Shown one piece after another: positions 21,004-30,400 of a DNA stretch of 64,000 nt. Under the pieces are notes generated by a model, which saw only the letters and a list, made by a program, of their open reading frames with translations, did not search any database and was not told where the DNA came from. The stretch comes from Candidatus Multivoradales bacterium (GTDB lineage: Bacteria; Acidobacteriota; Thermoanaerobaculia; Multivoradales; Multivoraceae): positions 1,536,001 to 1,600,000 of the forward strand of contig CBDCWI010000002.1 of the NCBI GenBank assembly GCA_965223325.1, given 5' to 3'. The first letter of the stretch is position 1. Each line of letters opens with the position of its first letter. Position numbers and translations under genes: made by a program.

Positions 21004-24000
21004 ATGAACCCCCAGCTCTTCCGTATCGTGCCATTCTCTCTTCTTGTCCTCGCCATCCTGCCGACTCACGGGCAAGCTCAGCAGTGCACTGCCGGCGGCG
21101 ACGTGCTCGCCTGCCTCGAAGTCCAGAACGATGCGTCTCTACGCAGTGACGAAGTCGCGTTCTCGAGCGTACCGATCGCGGCGTCGGCAGCGCTACTCAA
21201 CACCGATTCGCTGTTCGTCGAGGACCTGGACGACAACCCGGTTCCGGCACAGTTCAAAGTGATCGCACGATGGGGTGGCACGCGTGACAACGCCACCCGC
21301 CCGATCCGCTGGCTCGAGGTTGCAATCCAGGACGCGATCGCTGCCGACACCACCGAGTCCTATCGACTACGCGTGGATGCCGGTGGCATGCCTCCTTCTG
21401 TCCCGACACCTCTGGTGGTGACCAACGCCGGCAACGACTGGACCGTCGACACCGGCCCGGCGACCTTCACAATCGACGCCACCAACCCGGCGCTGCTCGA
21501 CACCGTCGCCCTGGGCGCCGCAACAATCTACCAACACAGCGCCGGCAGTGGTCCGCGACTCGAGCTCACCGGTGGCGCGGTGCTCGACACCTCTGGCGCC
21601 GGTGAAGTGGTCATCGATTCCGGTTCGTTTCAGGTCCTCGAGAGTGGGCCGTTGAAGGCCAGTTTCGCCGTCACTGGTCACTTCATCGACGCGGGTGGTA
21701 GCAGTCTGTGCAGCGAGGTCACGCCGGCCTACGAATCGCTGGGGTACACGGCAGTTCTGACCTTCACCCGCGGCACTTCACACATCGACATGCAAGTGCA
21801 TCTGCGCAACGAGTGCCTCGACGCGATGTTCGGCCCCTTCACCGGCGGCGCACGGTCTTTTGACCGATTCTCCTGGGAACTGGCAACCAACCTGCCAACG
21901 AACATCCGTCTCGTCGCGGCCAGCGGTGCGGTGCAATCGAGCGCCGGCGATGTGTCCGCCGAACAGCAAAAGGGCGCGGGCGACCCCTGGGCCCGTCGCG
22001 CCCGGGCACGGGCCAACGGCACGACGGTCGAGACTGTCGAAGCGGCTGCCAACCCGATCGTCGCCGTGGGCGACTCTTCAATCATGGCGAGCGCCCAGAT
22101 CTCGTGGATGCGCTTCCGGGAGCCACAGGCGGTGGCCACCGAGGGTGCAACGGTTTCGCTGCGCTTTATCTCCGAGCCGCTGGTGGTCGGCGGCGGCAAA
22201 GGCATCTGGAACACCGCCCGGGTCAGCTTCCCCACCGGTGTCACCGATGGTGCTGCACTCGAGGGGCTGCGTACCGCCAACCAACTCGCCCTCGAACGCG
22301 GTCTCCTGGTGCGCGCGACGCGCGACGATGTGAACGCCGCCGGAGTCTTCCCCGGCCTCGGCACCGACGCGGCCTCGCTTTTCAAGACCGACTACGAAGC
22401 CTTCCTCGACCTCTGGCACGGCGAAACGGTCGACTCCGGTGGGCAACACGAGCTCGCCAAGACTTTCGGCTCTCAGCTGTGGCCCGACACGCAGGGCAAC
22501 ACCTGGGCACGAGTCGAAGACACCATTGGCCCGACGAACAACCCCGGCGGCCTCAACTACTGGAACACGTCGAGAGTCGAGCTGCTCGAGTGGTTCCGCA
22601 CAGGCGACCCGACCTGGGTGTGGGAGCTCTCTCTTCCGCTCACCTGGCAACAGGTGATTTCGGCGTACGTCAACCTCGGCGACAACGACGACGGGTTCAA
22701 GAACGGGCTCAACCTCACCAGCCCGATCTGCGATGGTGCCGGCGGTCTCTGCGAAGAAGGTCAGTGGTATCGCTACGCCGGTGGTTCCGACGACTACGGC
22801 TACACCTTCGGCAACCTCGGCTACGTCGTGCGCCCGAACTATCCGCTCGAGCGGCGCTTCGCGGCTGCCGGACGCACGGTGCTCGACCGCTACAACATCC
22901 CGCGCGCCCAGCAGGCAACCCGCCAGCAGTTCGTCAACCAAGTCTCACCGGAACGCCAGATCGTCCAGCACTTCGTGCAGCTCGCCAACTGCGCCGAGTT
23001 CGTTGGTGGCGCCACCGGCCAGGCGTGCCACGACCAGCTCATGCTGACTCTCGAAGAGCTGGTGGAAGAAAACATGAGCACGGGCCTGATCTGCCAGGGC
23101 GACATCCAACCTGCCGACCCGAGTCTGTGTATGCCCAATGGTGGCAACCCGGCACTCGACTGGTGCGACTGCGTGATGCCGCAGCAGTTCATCCTCAACA
23201 GTCTGATGATGCCGTTTCTGACCCGCATGTACCTCAACTACGGCGACATCTCGGATGGCCTGTTGGACGGGCTGACGCTCACCCAGTTCCACACCTACCG
23301 GGAGACCCTTACGATCCCTGAGGCGACGACGCCCGACCAGCCGAGTGATCCCGAGCGCCCGGCGATTCCCTTCAACCCGCCGCAGGATTGGCTCGGCCAA
23401 CCTGGCTGGGACACCGACACCATGCCCTTCACCGTCGTCGATGTCGATGTGGTCGACAACGACCCGGCGACCACCGACCCCTCGGGCGACCCGGCCAATC
23501 TGCTGCTCGAACCCAACAAACCGCAGGCAATGGCCTGGCTGATGCTCGCGCACCAACTCGACCCATCGGTCGACCTGTGCGCCGTCGCCCGCGCGACGCT
23601 CCAGGACCAGTTCATGCTCGACGCCTGGGACGAGTACCAAGGGTTCTTGGGCTGGGGCAAGGGTCCCGCCCAGGTGATGCAGGGAATCGCTTTCGGCCTG
23701 CACGCCTACGACACCTGTACGGCGGGAGGTAACGCGGCACCGCAGGTCGACATCACGGCGCCGGCAAACGCTGCCACCTTCGCCTCTGGAGCGACCGTCA
23801 ACTTCACGGCGACCGCGACCGACGCTGAAGACGGCAATCTCGCCGCTTCGGTGGTCTGGACTTCGAACCTCGACGGGCCCCTCGGCACCGGGGCCATGGT
23901 TGCCGCCAACCCTGGTGATGGCACGCACACGGTGACCGCCGCGGTCACCGACTCGGGCGGTACGACCGCCACCGACACCATCACCATCACCGTTGGCAGC

Positions 24001-24876
24001 GGCGGTGGCAACAACCCGCCGCAGGTCACCGTTACCGCACCGGCGAACGGCGCCGAATTCGCTTCGGGTGAAACGGTCCAGCTCACAGCCACAGCCACCG
24101 ATACGGAAGACGGCAATCTCGCCGCCTCGGTGGTCTGGACTTCGGACCGCGACGGCGCTCTGGGTACCGGCTCGCCGCTCAATACCACGCTCTCCGAGGG
24201 TGCCCACACGATCACGGCTTCGGTGACCGACAACGACTCCGCGACCGATACCGACACAGTCGACGTGACGATCGCCGCCGGCCCTAGCTGCCGCGAGGCC
24301 CTGGTTGTCGACCAGGATTTCGAAGCCGGCCTCGGCGACTGGACGACCGGCAGCCTCTGGCACCTGGCGACAAACTCCACCTGCGCGCCCCCGGGCTACA
24401 GCTCAGCTTCAACCAGCGCCTACTTCGGCCAGGACGCCACCTGCAACTACTCGACCGGCGCGCGAGTTGCCGGCAATCTCACGTCACCGCCGATCGAAGG
24501 CATCAGCGCTCTTTCGGTTCTGCGCTTCATGTACTTCCGAGAAGTCGAAGACGAGCCGATGGCGACCGTCGACATCACCCAGGTCGACGCGCGACCTGCC
24601 GGAAGTGGTAGCGCCTGGACGACGCTCTGGGTACGCAACTCGAGCGACCCCTCGAGCGCCACCTGGACGCCGTCGGGTGACCCTTCGCTCGCGGCCTTCC
24701 TAGACCAGACGATCGAAGTGCGCTTTCGGTTCGACAGCGACGACGAACAGTTCAACACGACAGTCGGCTGGCTGATCGACGACATCGAAGTCACCGGCTG
24801 CGAGCAGCCTCTCTTCGAGGACGGCTTCGAATCCAACGACACGACGGCGTGGGATCGCGCCATTGGCCTGCCATGA
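21004..24876 (+). CDS. Large secreted protein: YetA/PcRGLX-like N-terminus, two Ig-like repeats, beta-sandwich, FxDGFE tail
   Basis: Signal peptide ending AQA-like; VPAQFKVIARW..IRWL; ESGPLKAS; two repeats of ATATD.EDGNLAASVVWTS; ends LFEDGFESNDTTAWDRAIGLP. Confidence 0.75.
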   Translation: MNPQLFRIVPFSLLVLAILPTHGQAQQCTAGGDVLACLEVQNDASLRSDEVAFSSVPIAASAALLNTDSLFVEDLDDNPVPAQFKVIARWGGTRDNATRPIRWLEVAIQDAIAADTTESYRLRVDAGGMPPSVPTPLVVTNAGNDWTVDTGPATFTIDATNPALLDTVALGAATIYQHSAGSGPRLELTGGAVLDTSGAGEVVIDSGSFQVLESGPLKASFAVTGHFIDAGGSSLCSEVTPAYESLGYTAVLTFTRGTSHIDMQVHLRNECLDAMFGPFTGGARSFDRFSWELATNLPTNIRLVAASGAVQSSAGDVSAEQQKGAGDPWARRARARANGTTVETVEAAANPIVAVGDSSIMASAQISWMRFREPQAVATEGATVSLRFISEPLVVGGGKGIWNTARVSFPTGVTDGAALEGLRTANQLALERGLLVRATRDDVNAAGVFPGLGTDAASLFKTDYEAFLDLWHGETVDSGGQHELAKTFGSQLWPDTQGNTWARVEDTIGPTNNPGGLNYWNTSRVELLEWFRTGDPTWVWELSLPLTWQQVISAYVNLGDNDDGFKNGLNLTSPICDGAGGLCEEGQWYRYAGGSDDYGYTFGNLGYVVRPNYPLERRFAAAGRTVLDRYNIPRAQQATRQQFVNQVSPERQIVQHFVQLANCAEFVGGATGQACHDQLMLTLEELVEENMSTGLICQGDIQPADPSLCMPNGGNPALDWCDCVMPQQFILNSLMMPFLTRMYLNYGDISDGLLDGLTLTQFHTYRETLTIPEATTPDQPSDPERPAIPFNPPQDWLGQPGWDTDTMPFTVVDVDVVDNDPATTDPSGDPANLLLEPNKPQAMAWLMLAHQLDPSVDLCAVARATLQDQFMLDAWDEYQGFLGWGKGPAQVMQGIAFGLHAYDTCTAGGNAAPQVDITAPANAATFASGATVNFTATATDAEDGNLAASVVWTSNLDGPLGTGAMVAANPGDGTHTVTAAVTDSGGTTATDTITITVGSGGGNNPPQVTVTAPANGAEFASGETVQLTATATDTEDGNLAASVVWTSDRDGALGTGSPLNTTLSEGAHTITASVTDNDSATDTDTVDVTIAAGPSCREALVVDQDFEAGLGDWTTGSLWHLATNSTCAPPGYSSASTSAYFGQDATCNYSTGARVAGNLTSPPIEGISALSVLRFMYFREVEDEPMATVDITQVDARPAGSGSAWTTLWVRNSSDPSSATWTPSGDPSLAAFLDQTIEVRFRFDSDDEQFNTTVGWLIDDIEVTGCEQPLFEDGFESNDTTAWDRAIGLP
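23827..24144 (+). repeat. Intragenic duplication of an Ig-like domain (279-bp period)
   Basis: 39-bp GAAGACGGCAATCTCGCCGCYTCGGTGGTCTGGACTTCG at 23827 and 24106, one mismatch. Confidence 0.85.
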
Positions 24877-24961
24877 TCCCCCGCCCCCTTACGGCGCTCG
24901 CATGAGCACACGAAACCGCCCGCTCCGGCTGCACGCTGGACCGGGCGGTTGGAGGTTCCAG

Positions 24962-27900
24962 ATGACACCTTCGAGAACCCAGAAGACCTCGCGAATCTCC
25001 ATGCCGCGGCGTGGCACGTCGATCGTGCGCTGGCTGGCCCCGGCCTGGTTGACCCTCCTCTCGGCGATCGCTTTCGACACCGTTGCCGCCCAGGACGACA
25101 TCGTGCGCATCTCCAACCCAGCACCGGTCAGCGAGGGCGGCACCTTCTCTTTCAACGTCTTCATCGAAGATGGCAGCGGCACTCCGGGCGCCAACGGGAG
25201 CTTTGCCGTCGACGTCTTCTTCGATCAGGGAACCACCGCTCATCCCGCAGGCACGCCGGACCTGACGACCTTCTCGACAACGGTCCTCTTCAACCCCGGC
25301 GACACGTCGCAAACTGCCACCTTGGAGGTCGCCGACGACGCCCTGATGGAGTATGACGAGAGCTTTCGGGTCATGATCGCCTTCCCAACGACGCCTCCTG
25401 CAAACACCATTATCGGAAGCCCCGGCACCGCAGAGGCCACCATCCTCGATGACGACCGCCACCATACGATGACGGTCACCCCCCCACCTTTGCCGCATCC
25501 CGAGGGGACCCAGTTCGCGACCTGGAACATCACCTTCACACCACCGCTCGCGGACAGCCTCACCCTGCGCTCCTTCCTTGAGCCGTCCCTCGGGTCGGCG
25601 ATCCAGGGTCCGCCGGGCTCCGGCGCCGACATCGACCCTTACGATCGCACCGAAGTCGTAGTCCCCGGCGCGACGAATCTCCAGGCGGTCATTTCGGTGC
25701 ACGACGATCTTGTAGTGGAGGGAGAGGAAGACTTCTTCCTCAACTTCGAGGTCGTCTCCTACAACAATCCGATCATGGAGCTCCACCTGCCGCCGTCGCT
25801 TCCGCTCCAGGGCAGGATCGAGGATGATGACGCTCCAACGAGCTACACGCTGACGCTCAACGTTCCGAGCCTCGTCACCGAGCCAGCGGCCGGACAAGCA
25901 GACATCGGCGCAACCCTGTCGATCAGTCCCGAATACCCGTTCGCGATCCCCATTCTCCTTCAGCTGACCAGCGATACCGCACAGGCCGGAAGCGACTTCC
26001 AGCCGTTCAACCAGACGATCACCTTCCCCCCGGACACTCTGAGCCTCGATCTTCCGATCGAAGTCTTCGCTGACAACATCTTCGAGGGTGACGAGGCGTT
26101 CAACGTCCTGGTCAAGGACCAAGACACCGGCGAGACCCTGACCGCCGTGGTCACCATCGACGACGAGGACCAGGAGCCCACCGTGCAGTTCGACGGCAAC
26201 GTCGCGGCGCTCGAGGGAAACGCGGATCACATTGTTCCGTTCTCGGTCTCGCTCAGCCACATGAGCAGCCAGCCGGTCGACCTCATCCTCTCCGCCTTGC
26301 CCGACGGCCCCGCCGGTCAGCAGGCGACGATCGGTACCGACGTCTCCTGCGAAACGACCTTTCAGATTCAGGAGCTGACCCTCACGGATCAGATCGACTG
26401 CACGTACGTCGGCGATTCGGACTTCGAACCCAACGAGTTCTTCAAGCTCACCATCACCTCGGCGACCGGCGCCACCATCGCCGTGGGCGGTGCCTCGGCA
26501 CAAGGCGAAATCCAGAACGACGATGTGAGTATGCCGCCCGCAACTCCAACGGTTTCGATCTCCGACTTCACCCTCACCGAAGGCACGGGCGGGCCCAGCG
26601 AGGCAACGCTGTCGGTGGAGCTCATGGGCACTCCTCCGACGTCACCCGGAGACATGTGGGTCGACTGGGCGACTGAAGCGGGCTCTGCCCAGGAGAACCT
26701 CGACTTCCAGCCGGTTGGTGGCCGCCTCGACTTCTTCGACGGTGCGCTGCAACAGATCACAGTGGCGGTTGTCGCCGACAACCTCATCGAAGCGAACGAG
26801 ACCTTCTCCGTGTCGCTGATCGACCACTCCCCCACGGTCACCCTCGACAAGTCGGTCGGCACCGTCACCATTCTCGACGACGACGCGGCGACACCCCAAC
26901 CAACCGTCCACCTCGCCGACGCCCAGCTTGCAGAAGGCGACGATGGCCAGACGGTGATCGAGCTCCGTGCCCTCGTAGCACCCGAGGCAAGCACCATCAG
27001 CTTCGTCAGCGTTCGCACGGTCGACGGCACCGCCACCACCGCCGACGGAGACTACGTCGAACATACTGGGAGGCTGCGTTTCGGTCCCGGAGACAGCGAA
27101 CAGAAGTTCCAGATCAGCATCCAGGGCGACACCCGTCTCGAAGATGACGAGCAGTTCTTCGTCGAGCTCTTCGACCCCGCCGGGCTCGCGCTTCCTGCCG
27201 AGCCGCGGGCCACGGTCACGATTCGAAACGACGACCCGGACCCCGGCGGCGGCGATGGTGGCGGTGACGGCGGAGACCCAGCCAACCCGCCGCGCATCGA
27301 CCTGAGCGCCGCCGCGACGGTCGTTGAGTCGGCCTCGTTCCTACCTGTGACGATCGACCTCCGCGGTCGTGCCGGCCAGACTGTGCGCGCTGAGGTACGG
27401 GTCGAAGACTTGACCGCCCGCGCTGGTGAAGACTTCCAGGCACGGGTATGGAACGTCGAGTTTCCGGCTGGCTCTGAAAACGCCCGCACCGAGCTGCGCC
27501 TTCAACTGATCGACGACCGCATTCGCGAGCGCGCTGAGCGCCTGCGCCTCAGACTTCAGCTGACAACGACCGGGGCCGCGCTGCTCGGCCAGAGCGAGGC
27601 CATCGTCACCATTGTCGACAACGACAACGCGGTGCGACTAGTAGCCGACGAAGTAGCCGAACGCGCCAGGATTGGTGACCAGATTGGCCTCGGTGTCACC
27701 GCCCTCGGCGCCGACGACCGCCCCGTCCAGGGCATCATGATCGACTGGAGCGTCGCCAGGGGAGCGCAACTGCTCGGCGAAGAGAGCCAGCGTACCGACC
27801 GCAATGGTCACGTGAGTCAAGAGATACGTCTCGCCGACCGGCCAGGGGAAGCCGTCGTCACAGCGAGAATGCGCGGCAGTGAGCTCGCCGTCGTGTTCTC

Positions 27901-29299
27901 CATCGCGACCGAGGCAAGACTGCGTGATCTCTTCGACGACACTCGCGACCCCGACGAACACTCCGTCGGCGGCACTCTCGATCGCTTCTGCCTCGAACCG
28001 AGCGACGAACTCGCCGAGATCTGCAACTACCTCCTCGATCTGCCCGACGACGACGCCCGACGACAGGCGGTGCGGTGGATCACTCCACGCGGGCTGGAAG
28101 CGCAGGGTGACGCAATGCTTCAGGGCGCACGGACCCAGGTGCGCAATGTCGGCCTCCGCACGCAGCAGCTGCGCGCCGGCGAGGCACTCGGCGGCTCACT
28201 CGACGGCCTCAACTTCTCACAGCGCCGCGACTCGCTAGCGGTCGGCCAGCTCAGAAACGGTCTCAAGAAGCCCAGCCACCAGGCGATGAGCGAGCAGGCA
28301 CTCGCGAGGAGTGTCGATCGCTCGCTGGCCAGTCTTCGCGATGCGGCCGGTCAGGGAGACTCTCGGAGCGAGCTCGGCAGTCCGGTTCACCGCGGTGGCA
28401 GTGCCAGCGCCGATGAGGCGATCATCCTCGCCGAAGAGAACGAGTCTCCGTGGGGTTGGTTCGTCAACGGTCGTCTCGCCGTCGGTGAACACGAACAGAC
28501 CCGCACCGAACCGAGCTACGACGTCTCGACCTGGGGCCTGACTGCCGGCATCGACTACAAGGTCAGGGCCAACGGCTTCATCGGCGTAGCGCTCGGCTAT
28601 CTCGACTCGACCGCCGACATCAACAGTGACCGAGGCGAACTGACCGCCACCGGCTACACGGCCAGTCTCTACACCGCCTGGCAATGGCAGGCACTGTGGG
28701 TGGATGGCGCACTGACCTATGGCCAGGTCGACCTCGAAAGCCTACGCACGCTTCGTTTGCCCCGCGCGTTTCGGGGCGAAAGCACCTTGACTGCCCACGG
28801 GGACACCCAGGCTGATCTCGTGTCGAGCAACATCGGTCTCGGTTACGACTTCCAGGCGGGTCGTCTCGGGCTGACCGGTTTCGCCCGCGGACTGTGGTCG
28901 GAAACCAGTATCGATGGCTTCAGCGAGCGCGGCGTCGGCCCCTTCGCTCTGGTGATCGGACAGCAGGACGTCGAGTCCCTTCTCACCGAGGCGGGGCTCG
29001 AAGCGGCATTGCCGATTCATCGCCGCTTCGGAGTCTTGAACCCGACCCTGCGACTGGCCTACGTGCACGAGTTCGAAGACGACGAGCGTCTGGTAGGCGG
29101 TGCCTTCCTGTTCGACGAAAACCGGAACGACTTCGGCATCCGATTCGAGAACCCAGACCGCGACTACTTCAACCTCGGCCTCGGCCTGCAGCTGACGCTG
29201 CGTGGAAGCCGCCTGGTCTATGTCGCCCTCGACACAGATCTGGCGCGCGACGACTGGAGCCACTACACGCTGACCTTCGGCTTCCGTTCGCAGTTCTAG
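24962..29299 (+). CDS. Calx-beta repeat autotransporter-barrel protein (AT1)
   Basis: GGAGG before ATG 24962; several Calx-beta repeats, Big_1-like domain, barrel with TAGIDY, terminal Phe. Confidence 0.88.
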   Translation: MTPSRTQKTSRISMPRRGTSIVRWLAPAWLTLLSAIAFDTVAAQDDIVRISNPAPVSEGGTFSFNVFIEDGSGTPGANGSFAVDVFFDQGTTAHPAGTPDLTTFSTTVLFNPGDTSQTATLEVADDALMEYDESFRVMIAFPTTPPANTIIGSPGTAEATILDDDRHHTMTVTPPPLPHPEGTQFATWNITFTPPLADSLTLRSFLEPSLGSAIQGPPGSGADIDPYDRTEVVVPGATNLQAVISVHDDLVVEGEEDFFLNFEVVSYNNPIMELHLPPSLPLQGRIEDDDAPTSYTLTLNVPSLVTEPAAGQADIGATLSISPEYPFAIPILLQLTSDTAQAGSDFQPFNQTITFPPDTLSLDLPIEVFADNIFEGDEAFNVLVKDQDTGETLTAVVTIDDEDQEPTVQFDGNVAALEGNADHIVPFSVSLSHMSSQPVDLILSALPDGPAGQQATIGTDVSCETTFQIQELTLTDQIDCTYVGDSDFEPNEFFKLTITSATGATIAVGGASAQGEIQNDDVSMPPATPTVSISDFTLTEGTGGPSEATLSVELMGTPPTSPGDMWVDWATEAGSAQENLDFQPVGGRLDFFDGALQQITVAVVADNLIEANETFSVSLIDHSPTVTLDKSVGTVTILDDDAATPQPTVHLADAQLAEGDDGQTVIELRALVAPEASTISFVSVRTVDGTATTADGDYVEHTGRLRFGPGDSEQKFQISIQGDTRLEDDEQFFVELFDPAGLALPAEPRATVTIRNDDPDPGGGDGGGDGGDPANPPRIDLSAAATVVESASFLPVTIDLRGRAGQTVRAEVRVEDLTARAGEDFQARVWNVEFPAGSENARTELRLQLIDDRIRERAERLRLRLQLTTTGAALLGQSEAIVTIVDNDNAVRLVADEVAERARIGDQIGLGVTALGADDRPVQGIMIDWSVARGAQLLGEESQRTDRNGHVSQEIRLADRPGEAVVTARMRGSELAVVFSIATEARLRDLFDDTRDPDEHSVGGTLDRFCLEPSDELAEICNYLLDLPDDDARRQAVRWITPRGLEAQGDAMLQGARTQVRNVGLRTQQLRAGEALGGSLDGLNFSQRRDSLAVGQLRNGLKKPSHQAMSEQALARSVDRSLASLRDAAGQGDSRSELGSPVHRGGSASADEAIILAEENESPWGWFVNGRLAVGEHEQTRTEPSYDVSTWGLTAGIDYKVRANGFIGVALGYLDSTADINSDRGELTATGYTASLYTAWQWQALWVDGALTYGQVDLESLRTLRLPRAFRGESTLTAHGDTQADLVSSNIGLGYDFQAGRLGLTGFARGLWSETSIDGFSERGVGPFALVIGQQDVESLLTEAGLEAALPIHRRFGVLNPTLRLAYVHEFEDDERLVGGAFLFDENRNDFGIRFENPDRDYFNLGLGLQLTLRGSRLVYVALDTDLARDDWSHYTLTFGFRSQF

Positions 29300-29333
29300 G
29301 CCGGCCGCCGGTCAGGCCATAGCGATCTTGCCA

Positions 29334-29362
29334 TTGACTTACGCCCCATTACCGCCTATGCT
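29334..29362 (+). promoter_or_regulatory. Sigma70-type promoter of imuA with an operator-like repeat in the spacer
   Basis: TTGACT-N17-TATGCT, 9 nt before the ATG; TTACGC-N5-TACCGC overlaps the spacer. Confidence 0.65.
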
Positions 29363-29371
29363 CACCGATTC

Positions 29372-30400
29372 ATGGCACTGGTAGAGCGCACCCCCCAACC
29401 GTCGCTTTTTGGAGCAAACGAGACTCTCGAACTCGAGATCCTGCGCCAGGAGACCAACGAGCCAACCGAATCGGTTTCGCCATCCGGCGTTTCCCCCGGC
29501 AAGCTCGCCGCGCTACGTGAATTGTTGCCCAGCGCGCTGCAGCGCCAGCTCAAGAGTGGTCGCGAACTCTTGTCAGACGCTGAACGTGGGGACGAGCCAT
29601 GGATGGAAGACGGCCGTTTGCCAACTGGCGTTTCAGCACTCGACGAACTGCTCGACGGTGGTTTGCGCGCTGGCGAAACTCTCGAGGTCATCGGAGCGCG
29701 CACCTCGGGGCGTTTCTCGCTAGTGCTCGAAACCCTGGCTTCGACAACTGCCAGTGGCCAGGTCGCAGCGCTGGTCGATCTCGGCGACAACTTCGATCCT
29801 GCAACCGCACTCGATGTTGGCATCGAGCTCGAACGCCTGTTGTGGCTACGGCCGCGACATATGAAAAAGGCACTGGCGAGCGCCGAGATTCTGATCGGGG
29901 CCGGTTTCCCGTTGGTGATTCTCGATCTCGGAACACCGCCAGTGGCTGGTGGCCGCGGCAAAGAAGCAGCCTGGCTGCGACTGGCACGAGCGGCAGACGA
30001 ACACCGAACACGGCTTCTGGTTTCGGCTCCCTATCGCATGAGCGGGAGCGCCGCGCATGCCGTGTTGAAGCTCGAACGACGACCACGGGTGCGCTGGGCC
30101 GGGCGTGCCTACGGGCGACCAACACCAGCACCGGCGCCGAACCTTCTGCTCGGGCTGGTCAACCGGCTGCTCTTCGAGAAGGCACGCGGCGCCCTGGCAA
30201 GGAGAGCCCGGCGCAAAACGACCATAGAGCTCAGCTGGCAAATGGCAAGCGAAAGCCTGGCCGAGCCGTTGGTCGAAACACTCGAGCACAGCCGCCAGGC
30301 CAAATCACGGCCGACCCCCCGCGCGGCACCTGATGTTGCAATTGCCAATGATCTCGATTCCCCCAAAGCTCCGGTTCGTCATGCCAGCGGCAAGCGATAA
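29372..30400 (+). CDS. imuA: ImuA / RecA-like mutagenesis protein
   Basis: LPTGVSALDELLDGGL, degenerate Walker A GARTSGRFS, ALVD..FDP; upstream of imuB. Confidence 0.82.
   Translation: MALVERTPQPSLFGANETLELEILRQETNEPTESVSPSGVSPGKLAALRELLPSALQRQLKSGRELLSDAERGDEPWMEDGRLPTGVSALDELLDGGLRAGETLEVIGARTSGRFSLVLETLASTTASGQVAALVDLGDNFDPATALDVGIELERLLWLRPRHMKKALASAEILIGAGFPLVILDLGTPPVAGGRGKEAAWLRLARAADEHRTRLLVSAPYRMSGSAAHAVLKLERRPRVRWAGRAYGRPTPAPAPNLLLGLVNRLLFEKARGALARRARRKTTIELSWQMASESLAEPLVETLEHSRQAKSRPTPRAAPDVAIANDLDSPKAPVRHASGKR

Noticed and set aside
22945-26503. Long antisense ORFs (472 and 570 aa) and similar shadow ORFs elsewhere
   Set aside because: They mirror real genes, as expected from high-GC codon bias, and carry no motifs
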